Shown here: positions 49,031 through 60,780 of the stretch, piece by piece
Position numbering within the stretch: position 1 is the first letter of the stretch
Layout of the letters: each line of letters opens with the position of its first letter
NCBI GenBank assembly: GCA_013265495.1
Contig: MU058423.1
Coordinates: 1,875,061 to 1,939,060, forward strand
DNA: 64,000 bases
Source: Vicugna vicugna
Taxonomy: Eukaryota
Reading direction: 5' to 3'
Position numbers and translations under genes: made by a program
The notes under the pieces: model-generated
Seen by the model: the letters and a program-made list of their open reading frames with translations, nothing else
Databases searched by the model: none
Told to the model about the DNA's origin: nothing

Positions 49031-52000
49031 AACCAGTTTTGTTTTTAACTTAGAAATTTTACTCAAATATTTCTTTTTAAGTGCTTTTAAATATCCAGCT
49101 CCTGGCTCTGTGAACCAGCTTTGCCATCTTACTGGTTCCCTCATTCATGAATGACTAAATCTTTGACACCTGTGCATTCCATGTTTTATGAGAACCATGT
49201 TTTTAAATGTTTGGACGCTATGCTTTGACAATAATATACAAAGTGCTTTGGGTGTCAGGGTGAAGATTTCTAGTTGGGGGATTCAAAAATCTTTTCACTT
49301 TCGAGATCAGCCTTATGATTAACACTTAAACTTTTGGTAGGTAGACGCAGAGGTTTGGGAGGAATACTAAAGACCCCGGAAACAGCAGGAAGAGTGCTTA
49401 CCTCCCTGTTTGCTTCCTTTCTTGTGTGTCTGAGCCTGCAAAGTCTGTTGGCCAACAGAAACGGGATACTTTTACAGGAGAAAGCCTTGGGAAAATAGCT
49501 TCTTGCCTCTCATACATTGTTTTTCTTCACTGCCCTTCAGGACAGGTCCCTCCTACCGCTCCGGGTCAGGGCAGGCCTCCCGAGCCCCGACTCCACTTCC
49601 CCTACTCGACAAGGGGCTAGAAAGGGCCTGGGTCTCTCCATCAACACGTTAGATTCAGCTCCCATTCTGCCCTAACTAGGGAATCACATTTCCTGGCTGT
49701 CTCCATCCCACCACATGGGGCATCCATGAAATATCTCCCTGACAGACTCTAAATGTTACCAGCATCAATCACGGAGATAAACAGCAAATGAGCCCGGGAC
49801 AGAGCAGCCATCTCTGTCAGATCCAAAGTGGTATTAATTAGAAGACTTACTTCTGGCTACAGAGGATGAGAACTGCCGCCCTCAAGTGACCTCAGCCTTG
49901 GCAGCGTGTCCCCATCCAAGGCCGGCGGCGAAGCCCCTTTGGGGAGCTTCCCTCTGGAGATGCTTCTGGCCCTGGTTGAATTGGATGCCGAGACAGGTTT
50001 TCTGAGGATCTCAGGGGTACACATTCCTGGGGTTTTGAGATCACACTGTTGCGGTCCCCAGGCCTTCCCAACCTAACCATCCCAGCCTGTGGCCGGGGTG
50101 TTTTCTCAGGCTCTCAGTGGCCACAGCAGCCTGCACTGAGGCTGGACACTGGACGTCCCAGTTTCAGATGTGCTGAGAGACTGTCACTGAGCTCGCCTTT
50201 CCTCCATGGGAATTCACGCCAGGCAGTCACAAGGGGAGCCCCAGCAGACCCCGTGCCCCACGTCCTGCTGAGACCTCGGCCCTCGGCTTGCCCACTCCTC
50301 TACTCCGCCCTGAGCCTCTGCTGTCCAGACGCCCTGACTGAGGCCTCCAGGCGTCCCAGCCCCTCAGCCTTGGCTCAGCCTCTGCAGTTAGTAAAGACGC
50401 CTCCCCTCTGGGGTCAGCAGGTTTCCCTAAGGCCCTGACCAAGGAAAGGAGCAAGTGGAGTGGAGTGGAGGGGAGATACCAGGATCTCGAAGCAGGCCCG
50501 GCTGGGCTACCTTCCTGCTGGGTAATCTGCACGTCCTGAGGGCATTTGAGGGTAGGATCAGGGTCTGCCAGCCTGTGCTTGATTTGTCCCTTCACTAGCT
50601 CAGTAACCTTGGGCAAGTCACTCAACCTCTCGAAGCCTCAGTTTCCAGATTTGTAAAATGGTGCGAATAAGAACACCTCATAAAGCTGCTGGACAGTAAC
50701 TATAAGCCAGTTAGTACAGCACCCGGCAATCATCAACCCTCAACAAACATTAGCTATTTCTGAGCGCCCGGGGGTGGCTTTTGTCTTGTTTGTGCAGTTG
50801 TGTCCACATAAAGAACAGAAAGACCTCGGGAAAGGATGAGTGGAACAAAGGCCAGAGGTCATGCCGCTCACTTCCCTTGACCGTCTCTTTGCTGATCAAT
50901 GTGTCTACCAACTCTGAAAGGAGGCTAGCCCCAATTTCATATTCGCTTGTCCAGAGAGTGATAAACTGTTACCTCCTTAAAGTAATCCTGGCTGCTTTCA
51001 AATGGGCCCTTCTCCATCTTAACAGATGGGATTATGTTCATCTCACTTCCCCTTTGGCAACTGGAAAGATCAATGAGACATTAGTCTCCTTGCCTCTGAC
51101 TTTCCCCAGGGCGGGGGAGATGCTAACGGTCCAGAATTAATGTGGCAATCAATTTACTCGGGTGTCTGAAGGCCTAGGACAAGTCCTCCCACTGCTGGGA
51201 TGGGAGATGGGGAGACGACAGCCTCTGGCCACTTTGCAGCTTACAGCCTCAGGCTGGAATGGTCCAGACTGGTTGAGAAGACAGTTGCAGAGGGACTGAT
51301 TCATCTGGGATCTACATCCTGGAAACTGGCTAGCCCTAGCCTTGGAGTCCCAAAGCCACGGACACTCTCAAGTTCTATGAGCTTGACAAGTCATAGACCT
51401 CCCAGTTACCTCGGCCACAAAATGAAGGTAGAGACCCCCTGGCAGTGTGAATAGCTGTGCTCTGTAAATGTCCATTTTTCATCTTTAAGTACAAGAGGAA
51501 ATGCAATGTTCTTGAGTGAAAAACTGACCAAGTGTATGGATATTAAAGCTGAGGCCGGGAAAGAGGAAATCCACACCAGTCAGGTAAGTTACGAAGACCA
51601 TCCACAACCTTCACTGCTGTGGACAACGTGGTTGCCCCCCGTTTCTACTGGTTCCCTGGAAGCTAGACTACAGTACAGATGAAGGGTTGGTGAGGGTCAT
51701 TTTCCTATGAGATTTCCAAAGAGAACCCCTCCTCTAATAGAGCAGACATGTGTTGGACACCTTCTGTGTGCCAGATGCTTTCCTAGGGACCATGGAGGGG
51801 AAAGGCAACACACTCAGGGTCTGGAAAGGTCTTGACCCTGAGGGTTTGGTATTTCTCTTTCCATTCTCCCACCCCCTCTCCCATCTTCTCCCTCCCAGAA
51901 GCAGCTCTGCTGTCCCACTGAGTCTCCTCCTTAGAATCCAGCCCCAGGCTCCAGGCCAGGCCAGACACGCAGGTTGTTATTGGTAAAGATCATTAGTCTG

Positions 52001-54354
52001 AAAAGTTTCTCATAGTCAAAATAAAACTTAGGTGGTTTTTTTTTCATTATTTCTAGCTTATTTACTGCATAGAATACAAACTCCTTGAGTGAGAAGGCGC
52101 TGCCTGATTTACTACTGCTGACCACAAAGAATTTGGGGAACTAGTGAGAAATTGATTTTCATAAAGGAAACTAGAGATCTACAGTGAGGTCACAGTGTGA
52201 AGCTGGCGGACATGTGGATTCTCAGATGTGTTTTATGGCCCTTATCTCTAGGAGCACAAAGCAAAATGCCCACCCTCTCAAATTCCATATATACTGGGCT
52301 CATGCAGAAGGAAGAGCAGAAGGCTCTCCCCTTCCCTTGCCAGCGTGGAAGGTTGCCCGGTGAAGTTGCTCTCCGAGCAGTGCCCACCTAAGAGCACTGC
52401 CTCTTGTAAAGCCAGACGCCCCGCGGAGGAGACACTTGAAACACCCTCTTGCTGCCCAGCCCCACGTGAATGCCTTTGCTTTGTTCAGGGCACTTTGAGA
52501 ACAGAGATAGAAAGCAGACATTTCCTCCTCAGCCTCCTTTGCAACTAAAGCCGGGCATGGGATCCAGGCTGCATTGCTCAAACTTATTTACACAAGACTT
52601 CAAGGCAGAGACTCTGGGAAAATTCCACTTCACTGACAAGGGCAGCAGCAGAATGGCCTGGCTTCAGGGGCACAGTGGTTACAGGACTAGGTTCCTGCCA
52701 CAGTAGTGGCCTTGGTGCTGCAAGCTGTTGTGGGTTTGGTCACACCAGGGTGGCATGGTGGGCTTGGAGCTTTGTCACTGGCAGCTCAGACTGAGCTCTC
52801 AACTCCTCCCAGCAACTGAGTAACCACGAACTCTCTGGGGTCATGGTAAAACTTCCTATCCTACTCCATCAGCCACAGTCAGCTTCCGTTGCTTGCAGCC
52901 AAGAGCCTGGAATGACAGACTAGTGAGGGCCTGGCATCGACAGCCGCTCCCACCTGTGCACTGTCTGCAGTGGTCCCAGCAACTGTGTGAAGGGCTTTAC
53001 GTGCATCATCTCGTGGAGTTCCCACACCACCACTGTGAGGTGGGTACTGCTCTTATTTTCCATGATAGTGGAAATCTGAGCTATCAAGGCGTTAGAGGAC
53101 TTGTCCGAGTTCTTACAAGAGGGTAACCCAATGTTGTAATAGCAGGTAAGCTCTTGAAGCTAAACGTGGACGCCACGAGACGGTGGCAGCCAACAAGAGA
53201 GCTGCTCGCTCTGCTCTCCACGGCAGGATGCACAGAACTAGGTCATCCTGCCTTCACAACAGTCTCTATTCTGAACTAAGGAACAGCAACACTTTACTAA
53301 GTTCACAGATGGTGAAATAAAGACACAAAGGTATTTCACTGCCCAAGAAGGACTTTTCCAGGACAACACAGAGATTATTGACAAAGGAACACATTGTTAA
53401 CCCTCCAAGCAGGTTTTCTAGACCCACCAGGGGTTAAGGAGCTATGTGCTGGGTAGATGGTGAGGCACAGCCAAAGAAGCTGAGAGCCTGCATTTAACTA
53501 ATAGCATCAGTGCACAGGCCTGCACTGCAACTACATTTTAATACAGGTAATGTCTTTTCCACTCATTTTCAAGCACTTATTTCATTTACACAGTTTCAAG
53601 GTCAATAAATCTTGGTATTAAGGCTGATGTGATGTGTGATGCAGACAGTCTAATTAAGGATAGGGTATTTTATCAGCTCCTCTAAATTTCCTTTTTCCCT
53701 GGTCTACAATTTTTTATACTGGGCTGATCTTTTTTTTATTCATAAGGGCTTCATTCCCATTTGTCATGGCTGCATTAACTGGGGATCTAATGAAGACTTG
53801 GATATGGAAGTCTGCAATCTCATTTATCCTCAATAGCAGAATTAATAAAGCAGCAGGAAGATAGCTTCCTGGACTGGAACTTCTTCAGCCCACCCTGAGT
53901 CATCTAAAATCTATTTTGCTTGTCTTCCAAAATTGGGGCTTAGCTAGAAACTTGAAGAGACAGTGCCCAACGTTAACCTCCGTCCGCTGACAGCCTGTAC
54001 CCTTCTCCCCAACTCATGGCTGAGAGTCTTGGATTTGAGTGGCCAGAAGTTATTTTCCCACTATTCCCTCTACGTACGTTTATTGAGCACCTTCCATAGG
54101 CCAACCACAGGGACATAAAATAGACTCCAGATGGTCATAATCAAACAGGTCATGCCACCAAGGTTCGCCAATATAAGAAAAATGTCTTAGTTAGCCAAGT
54201 ATCAAGGTTGGGAGCAAGCAGAAAAGATCACCTGCTCTAGCCTTTTGCCTCTGGGAGGGTGACCCTCCCAACCAGTCTTTCTATAATTAAGGGCTTCCAG
54301 ATGACTGTGATGTCACAGACATTGATTCTGCCTTGTAGACTTTACAGCTATGTG

Positions 54355-54737
54355 AGTATATTGGTTTCCCAGGGCTGTCACAACAAAGTACCACAAACTG
54401 AAAGGCTTCAATAATAGAAATTTATCGTCTCACAGTTCTGGAGTTAAGAGGTCCAAAATCAAGGTGTCAGCAGGGTTGGTTTCTTCTGAGGGCTGCGAGG
54501 GAAGGATCTGCCCCCAGGCCCCTCTCCTTGGCTTGTAGATGGCCGTCTACTCTCTCCTTTTTATAAGGACACCAGTCATATTGAACTAGGGCCCACCTAA
54601 TGACCTCATTTTAACTTGATTACCTCTGTAAAGACCCTATTTCCAAACAAGGTGGCATTCTAAAGTACTGGAGGCCAGGACTTCAACATACGAAACAGGA
54701 GGAACATATTTTGGGGAGACACAATTCATTGCATAAT
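54355..54737 (-). mobile_element. MaLR solo LTR (MLT1A-C-like)
   Basis: caaagtaccacaaactg...tctcacagttctggag...aaaatcaaggtgtcagcagggttggtttcttctgagg...ggggagacacaattca. Confidence 0.85.
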
Positions 54738-56902
54738 AATGAGTGTCTGTAAAATTGCTTTAACTTAAAGCTCTAAGGCAGCCTGTAGCAGCACAGTAGA
54801 GTCAGAACACTAAAGGGTTAAGCATTCCATGTTCAAGTTCTAAATTAGCCACAGCCCCTCTCCGAGCCTCAGACTCCTTCTGCAGAGAATGAGAGAGGTG
54901 GACCAGGCCTCCAGAGCCCTCTCACATCCCCAGGATTGCGTTGCTGGGGATGTAAGAGAAGCTGAGGCAGCACACTCACAAGCACGCTCATCTTAAGCAA
55001 GCAATGATCTTCTGAGCCTCAGGGTTTTTTGGTTTTTTTTTTAACTCTAAAGGGAGGACAGTGGTAACAGCGACTTCCAAAAGGTTCTGAGGACTAATCA
55101 GGCCTGAGAATTGCCTGGCACACAGCTGTCACTCCGTGTGTGTGAACAGCTACTGGTACCACTGCTACTTTTACTATTAGGAGTCAGCTCGCAGGTGCTG
55201 TCCACCACCGAAGGCAGGGGTAAGCGCCCCCGTGTCCCATCCAGTAGCTCACCAGTGAGAGGCTTCAGCTGGCAGACTCCTGTGACCCTTGTGACATGCC
55301 TTTCCCCATCTTCACCTTACCCAAATCCCACCCCTCCTATTTACCTTACTCACATTCACATCTTTAGGGTTAGGGTTAGGATTTTAGGTGATTTTTTTTC
55401 CTGTTTTATAAATTTTATATACCACAGAAAAATGTAGTGAAACATACTTAATTACCTCATTTAACAGAGCTTTACAGAGCAGCTATGTAAATGCAGCCCC
55501 GTGGGCTCCCTCCCACGTGAACACTAGGTTGCCTGAGGTCTGCGGTCATCATCTGACTCTTGCCTTCACTGAACCGTTAACTTTTTCTCATGTGTGTCCT
55601 CAATGAGTCTTCCCACTCAAATTTAGCAAAGCTTATAAAATACCTCATAATCCTCCCACAACCTGATGAGGCAGGTAATGGTACTCCCGTATCACAGAGA
55701 GGTCACGTGGGTAGGCAGTGGCCAAGCCAGGATCCAGTTCTACCTCTGTCTGACTCTGAGGCCACCAACCTAGCCTAGTGCTATCCTCACCAAGCCATAC
55801 CAGCTCAGAAGGCTAGTGGGCCCCTGTCCCTCTCCTAGGATCCTCCAGCCTGAGCAGGGTTTTCCGCGGCCTTGGTGCCCCCTGGCGGCAGGCGCAGGCC
55901 CGTTCCCCAGCATGGCTTAGGGCTCATTGCACTTCAGGCTCGGGACCCTAAGCACTTGAAAGAACAACCAATGGGCTGGCCCTGGTGTAGCGGAGCCCTG
56001 TGCACCCAGGGGAGGGCTAGACCTCTACCAGAGCGTCACTTTTTAAGTGGACCCCCCAGGAGGGTTCTGCTCCTGACAGGTCAAGGAAGAGGGCTTAGGG
56101 TCCCAGCCAACAGCAGTCAGATGACCTACAAGGTCTGGTTCGCACCCCTATTCCGGCTTCTCATCTCCCCATTCCCAGCCAGCACATGTGGGCATTGGGC
56201 ATTCTCTGCCGGACCCTCCTGGGATTTCCATTTTCCAGACACTTGCATATGGAGGACAGGAGGAAGAAGAGGATAAAGGTGGTTAAAGCTGAAGACTTAA
56301 AGTTTCTTTACGTTATACAGAGTCCTCTTCTCAAAGAACCCATCAAGATTCTTCAATAAAAATGTACTGGATTCCTATTACGCTCCGCAGCACTCAGGGC
56401 GCAGAAATGGAGAAGACACTCTTCCTGACTTGAAAAGCAAGCATAAAAACAATACAACGAGGCAAGTATTCCAATATGGGTGTCCTGGGACTTTTCTTGT
56501 CACCCCCAAAATGGTTATTAGCACTCAAAACTGAGAATAAAGGATCATCAAACCATCCACAAGCTGAAGAAAGTAGAAAATAATTAGGGGTCAGACGTCT
56601 CCTCCAACTAACCATCACCCCAAGCCCTCAGCACTTCCCCAGCGTATATAAGCCATTCAGCTCCCTCTGCCCAGCTGGGCAGGGGCAAAACAGCAACAAG
56701 GCAGAGAAAGAGGGGTTGGTGTGGAGTAGCCTGCCCTCCCACCTACGGACCCACAAGGATGTTTAGACCAGTGGTCATCCTCTACCTACTTCCTCATTTT
56801 CCCTTCAGAGGCCTTTCTTAACAGCTTCAAATATGATCACCAGCTTTTCTGAGAATCCTATCATCACTGATCTGGCTTTGAGATAATCAGAGATAGCCCG
56901 GA

Positions 56903-57206
56903 GCGGCATTAGCCAAGGGTAGCCACTAGCCACACATGGCTCCATCAAACACCTAAAATGTGGCTAGTCTGAATAGAAATGTGCTGTCGGTGTAGACACC
57001 GGAATTTGAAGACTTAGTAAAAGGGGCAGGGAATGTTAAAAATATCTTCGTATTTACATGTTGAAATGACACTATTTTGGACATTGTATTTGGACAAATA
57101 GTATATTATTAAAATTAATTTCACCTTTTTTACTTTTTCAGTGTGGTTACCAGACTATTTAAAATTACAGATGAGGCTCACATTACATTTCTACTGAAGT
57201 CTCTGC
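56903..57206. mobile_element. MER33/MER3-like hAT-Charlie element
   Basis: gtagccactagccacacatggct...aaatgtggctagt...tattattaaaattaatttcacc...aaaattaca...gctcacattacatttcta. Confidence 0.7.
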
Positions 57207-58529
57207 CCTGAAGGTTGAAAAGCCAGAGCTGAGAAGCCCTAGTCCAGCAAAGCTTTACACCATGCGGGACCACAAGGGGGCGGTACTGCAGTGCCGAGCT
57301 GCCTCGGGCAGGAACTGGGCAGCAAGAGGACTCATTCCTTACATTTTCTAATGCTGTCTTTTAAGGGTAGTTCTAAACTACTTTTTCTAAAATTTAAATG
57401 GCTCACATTATGTGACCCTTAAGTTAACAGAAATTATTTCTCTAGGGCAGGAGTCTAAAAACTCTTGAATTACAACATTCAAGGCTGGAATTTTAAAGAA
57501 CTGCAAGTTTCTCACCATCCCAGCTACGGAATGAAAAGGGACTCCGAAGCCAAGTCAAGGGGGCCTTGAAGCTGGACCCCAGATCAGAAGGTGGACTGTT
57601 GAGTAAAAGCTGAGGGTAAGAGGGTTGGAGAAAAGGGAGATCCAAGAGTGACATTAGGAGGACTTAAGCACAGAGTATCGGCCTGTGGGGGATGGGCGAG
57701 ACTATGGCCATACTTACCCTATTTTCATCAAATGCTACCAATCTGAGTGTAAATTGGTACCACGTTTCGGGGTGGAGCGGGGGGAGACAATTTGTAAGTG
57801 TATAGCAAAAGCCTTAAAAATGTCCATATCCTTCAACCAATTAATTCCATTCTAGTAACTTACCATAAGGAAAATTTTAAACTACACACATATTTGGCTG
57901 ATATTTATCCAGCATTTCTAATAGTCAAGAAAGGCCCGAAATAACAACAACAACAAAAAACTATAAGCCACTTAATTGTACATTAATAAGGGGTTGGTTA
58001 AATCGATTAAGGAACAGCTATAAAGTGCAGTATTTTGTAAGTATTACAAAGGCTGTAAATGAATATTTACTGATATGGAAAGACATTTATGCTAAATTCT
58101 GCGGCAAATGCCAGCTACAGAATTATATGTCCAGTATGTGTGGCAATTTTGCTTAAAAAAGTAAAAAAGCATACCTTTGCAAAAACAATTGGCTGAAAAT
58201 ATTCTCTGAAGTATTAATGGTCATTTCTGGACAGAGATTATGGGTGGGCTTTCTTTTCTTATTTTTACAACTGCTTTTATAAACTTTTTAAAGGATTGTT
58301 TTTAAAGATTGTTTTTAAGTAATTCTACCCAGTCTTTATCACAAGTAACACCACCTTTCCCAAACTTTCTGGAGCCCTCGCTAAAGAGGAAGAACCAATG
58401 TCTTCAGTTAAAATCCAGACACTTTTCCCATACCTAACTTGGGATTTTAACCTTGTTCTATCTTGCCCTCTAGTCCCTGTGTTGTTTTTTCCTGTGTGTT
58501 CCCCCTTCATGCCTGGGGACCCCTTCACC

Positions 58530-59290
58530 GGGGTCCTGCGTCTCTCTTGTCTGTCCCTGATCCACCGCCTGCATGAGACCTCGCCTGACCCGCCGAGTTA
58601 CTGTAAAACTTCAACAAGATCTGGTCCGACGTCTCAGAGTCGGTGGAATCGGAGTCCAAAGGTCTGCGTGTCGGAGACAAAGGGACAGGCCAGCACGCCG
58701 GCTCCGCGGGCGGCTGCAGACGTCCCTCCGGGGTGGGGAGGTGGGGACGCTGCGCCGCCTGGTTCCGTAGGGGAGCCGCCGCGGTCCCCCTGCCGCGGTC
58801 CCCCCGCCTGCCGTCTCGCGGGCTGCAGAAGCTCGCGCGGCTCGAGGCGGCCGTCGCGTAATGACGTCTTCCCGTTCACAACGCGGAGGCTGCGCCGCGA
58901 AGTTTGTCCCTTTGGAGGCGCCGTCCCGGCCGGCGGCCCGCTCGCGTCATGTGACCGAGGATCGCTGAGGCCTGCGGCGGAGGAGACGACGCGCGGCGGG
59001 GTCCTGCGCCGGCGGAACGGCGGCGGGATGGAGGCGACCTTGGAGCAGCACCTGGAGGACACGTGAGTCCTGGGGTCGCGGCGGGGTGAGTTGACAGGGA
59101 CACAGGGCGCAGCCTGCGAGCGCCGGCCGGGCCTCTTGGGGAAGCCTTGTCCCGGGGCCTCTGGGTGGGGGTGGGGGGTGACCCGGAATAAAACGCCGCT
59201 GGGGCCTCGCCCACTCCGGAGCGAGCGAGCGAGTTAGTCTCCGCGGCCCGAGCCCACAGCCGGCTGTCGTGTTGAAATTGTCTTTAAGGA
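58530..59290. promoter_or_regulatory. LAMTOR5: CpG island / LAMTOR5 promoter
   Basis: Sharp rise in GC and CpG density around coding exon 1; CRE-like TGACGTCT at 58862 and GTCATGTGAC at 58946. Confidence 0.9.
59028..59062 (+). CDS. LAMTOR5: LAMTOR5 (HBXIP, Ragulator subunit) coding exon 1: MEATLEQHLED(T)
   Basis: GGGATGG Kozak context, 35 nt, |gtgagt donor. Confidence 0.97.
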
Positions 59291-59881
59291 CAGGATCGTT
59301 CTTCGGGGGTTTAGGAACCAGGTTCATTTGGAGAAAGGATGTACCACCTGTGCGAAGTCGACCCCTGTCGTGTCAGTATAAACACACTAGCGTAGCTCTT
59401 TCCGGGTGTAACCAGTTATTTGGTGTTTAAGAAGGTGAAAGACACCCAGAAGTGTAAGAAGGCGTACAGGGAAACACCTCCTCCGCACCAGTACTCCTCA
59501 GCTTCCCACTTCCGCTTCTGGAGGCAACCTGTGTTACTTAAGAATTTTTCAACACTTATTTCAAGGGGGGTTAGTATGCTAGAGTATGCCTTTTTAACAA
59601 GGAGAACAGAGTCCTAGATATTTCAATGTTTGTGGCCCTCCAAAGCTCAGACGGACCTGGCGCAATCATTTCTCTCATCAGAGAGCTATTGGGCTATCTA
59701 TTTAAACTAGTGAATTGTAAATTTAATTTTCTTGGTGTACAGATGGGCGGTAGTGAAAAAAGATTTAAGACTGATTTAAGGCACTTAACGACAGTTTCTG
59801 GTACATAAAAAGCCTGTATGTGTTATTTAAATTCATTTTCCCACATCGTTTGCTTTCTTCTTCCTGTGTTCCTGGAATTAG

Positions 59882-59943
59882 AATGAAGAATCCATCCATT
59901 GTGGGAGTCCTGTGCACAGATTCTCAAGGACTCAATCTGGGCT
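59882..59943 (+). CDS. LAMTOR5: LAMTOR5 exon 2: [20 protein letters not shown](C)
   Basis: ttag| and |gtaagt, 62 nt, phase consistent. Confidence 0.97.
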
Positions 59944-60229
59944 GTAAGTATCTCCCATCAACCCTTTGATGGATTGCCCAGCACTTGATGTGGACTGGGA
60001 GCCTAGTGTGCTGCTGTTCTCTAGTTTTTACTTCCTGTTACCCTGCCACTTTCCGGGGACTTCTGGGAGAGTAAAGGTCACCTCCAAGTAACAAAGTTAG
60101 AAAGTTGAAACTTTTCATTTGGTATCTGTGAAGGTAGAAATGTTCCTTGCGGTTCTAGCACTACACAGTTGTTTCTAGTAAAACAGTGTTTGAATCATTT
60201 TAAATTGGGTCTAGAAAGGACTTCAGATA

Positions 60230-60780
60230 ATGACAGCAGTTACCATTTATTGAATGTATGCCATATGTTGGGACTGCTACACTTTTTATACATTATCTCT
60301 AACTTTCACAATAACCTGCCAGATCGGTGGTGCAATTTTTTTTGTTTTTTTGTCCAAATTCACTTAATAAGTGAGTAGGCAGTAAAAATGGGGGCTGTCG
60401 GGTTGGACATACCTGCTCTTCCATTTATTAGGAGTGTGAACCTGGACCAAAAAAAATCTTTCTGAGCCTCAGTTTCTTTACAGGGTTGTTGTCTAATAAT
60501 TATTTTTATAGAATTGCATTCACTGAGCTCTTACTATAGGCCAGGCACCATTCTAAGTGCTTTATATTTACTAAGTCATTTAATCCTCATAATAACCCTG
60601 TGAGGTAGATGAAGAAATTGAGGCACAGAAGTTGAGTAATTTTCCAGGGTCCTACAGTTAGTAAAATGGTTGAGCTAGGATTTGAGTCAGGCTCTAGAGC
60701 CTCTTAATCACAATAGTATAAGAGTATATAGTGTATGTAAGACACTCAGAACGTAACCCAGACATAATGCTCAAAAAATG
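60230..60780. mobile_element. Cluster of MIR fragments in LAMTOR5 intron 2 (many further MIR/L2 fragments elsewhere are not itemised)
   Basis: MIR core motifs tctgagcctcagtttc, atttaatcctcataataaccctgtgaggtag, gaaattgaggcacag. Confidence 0.7.
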
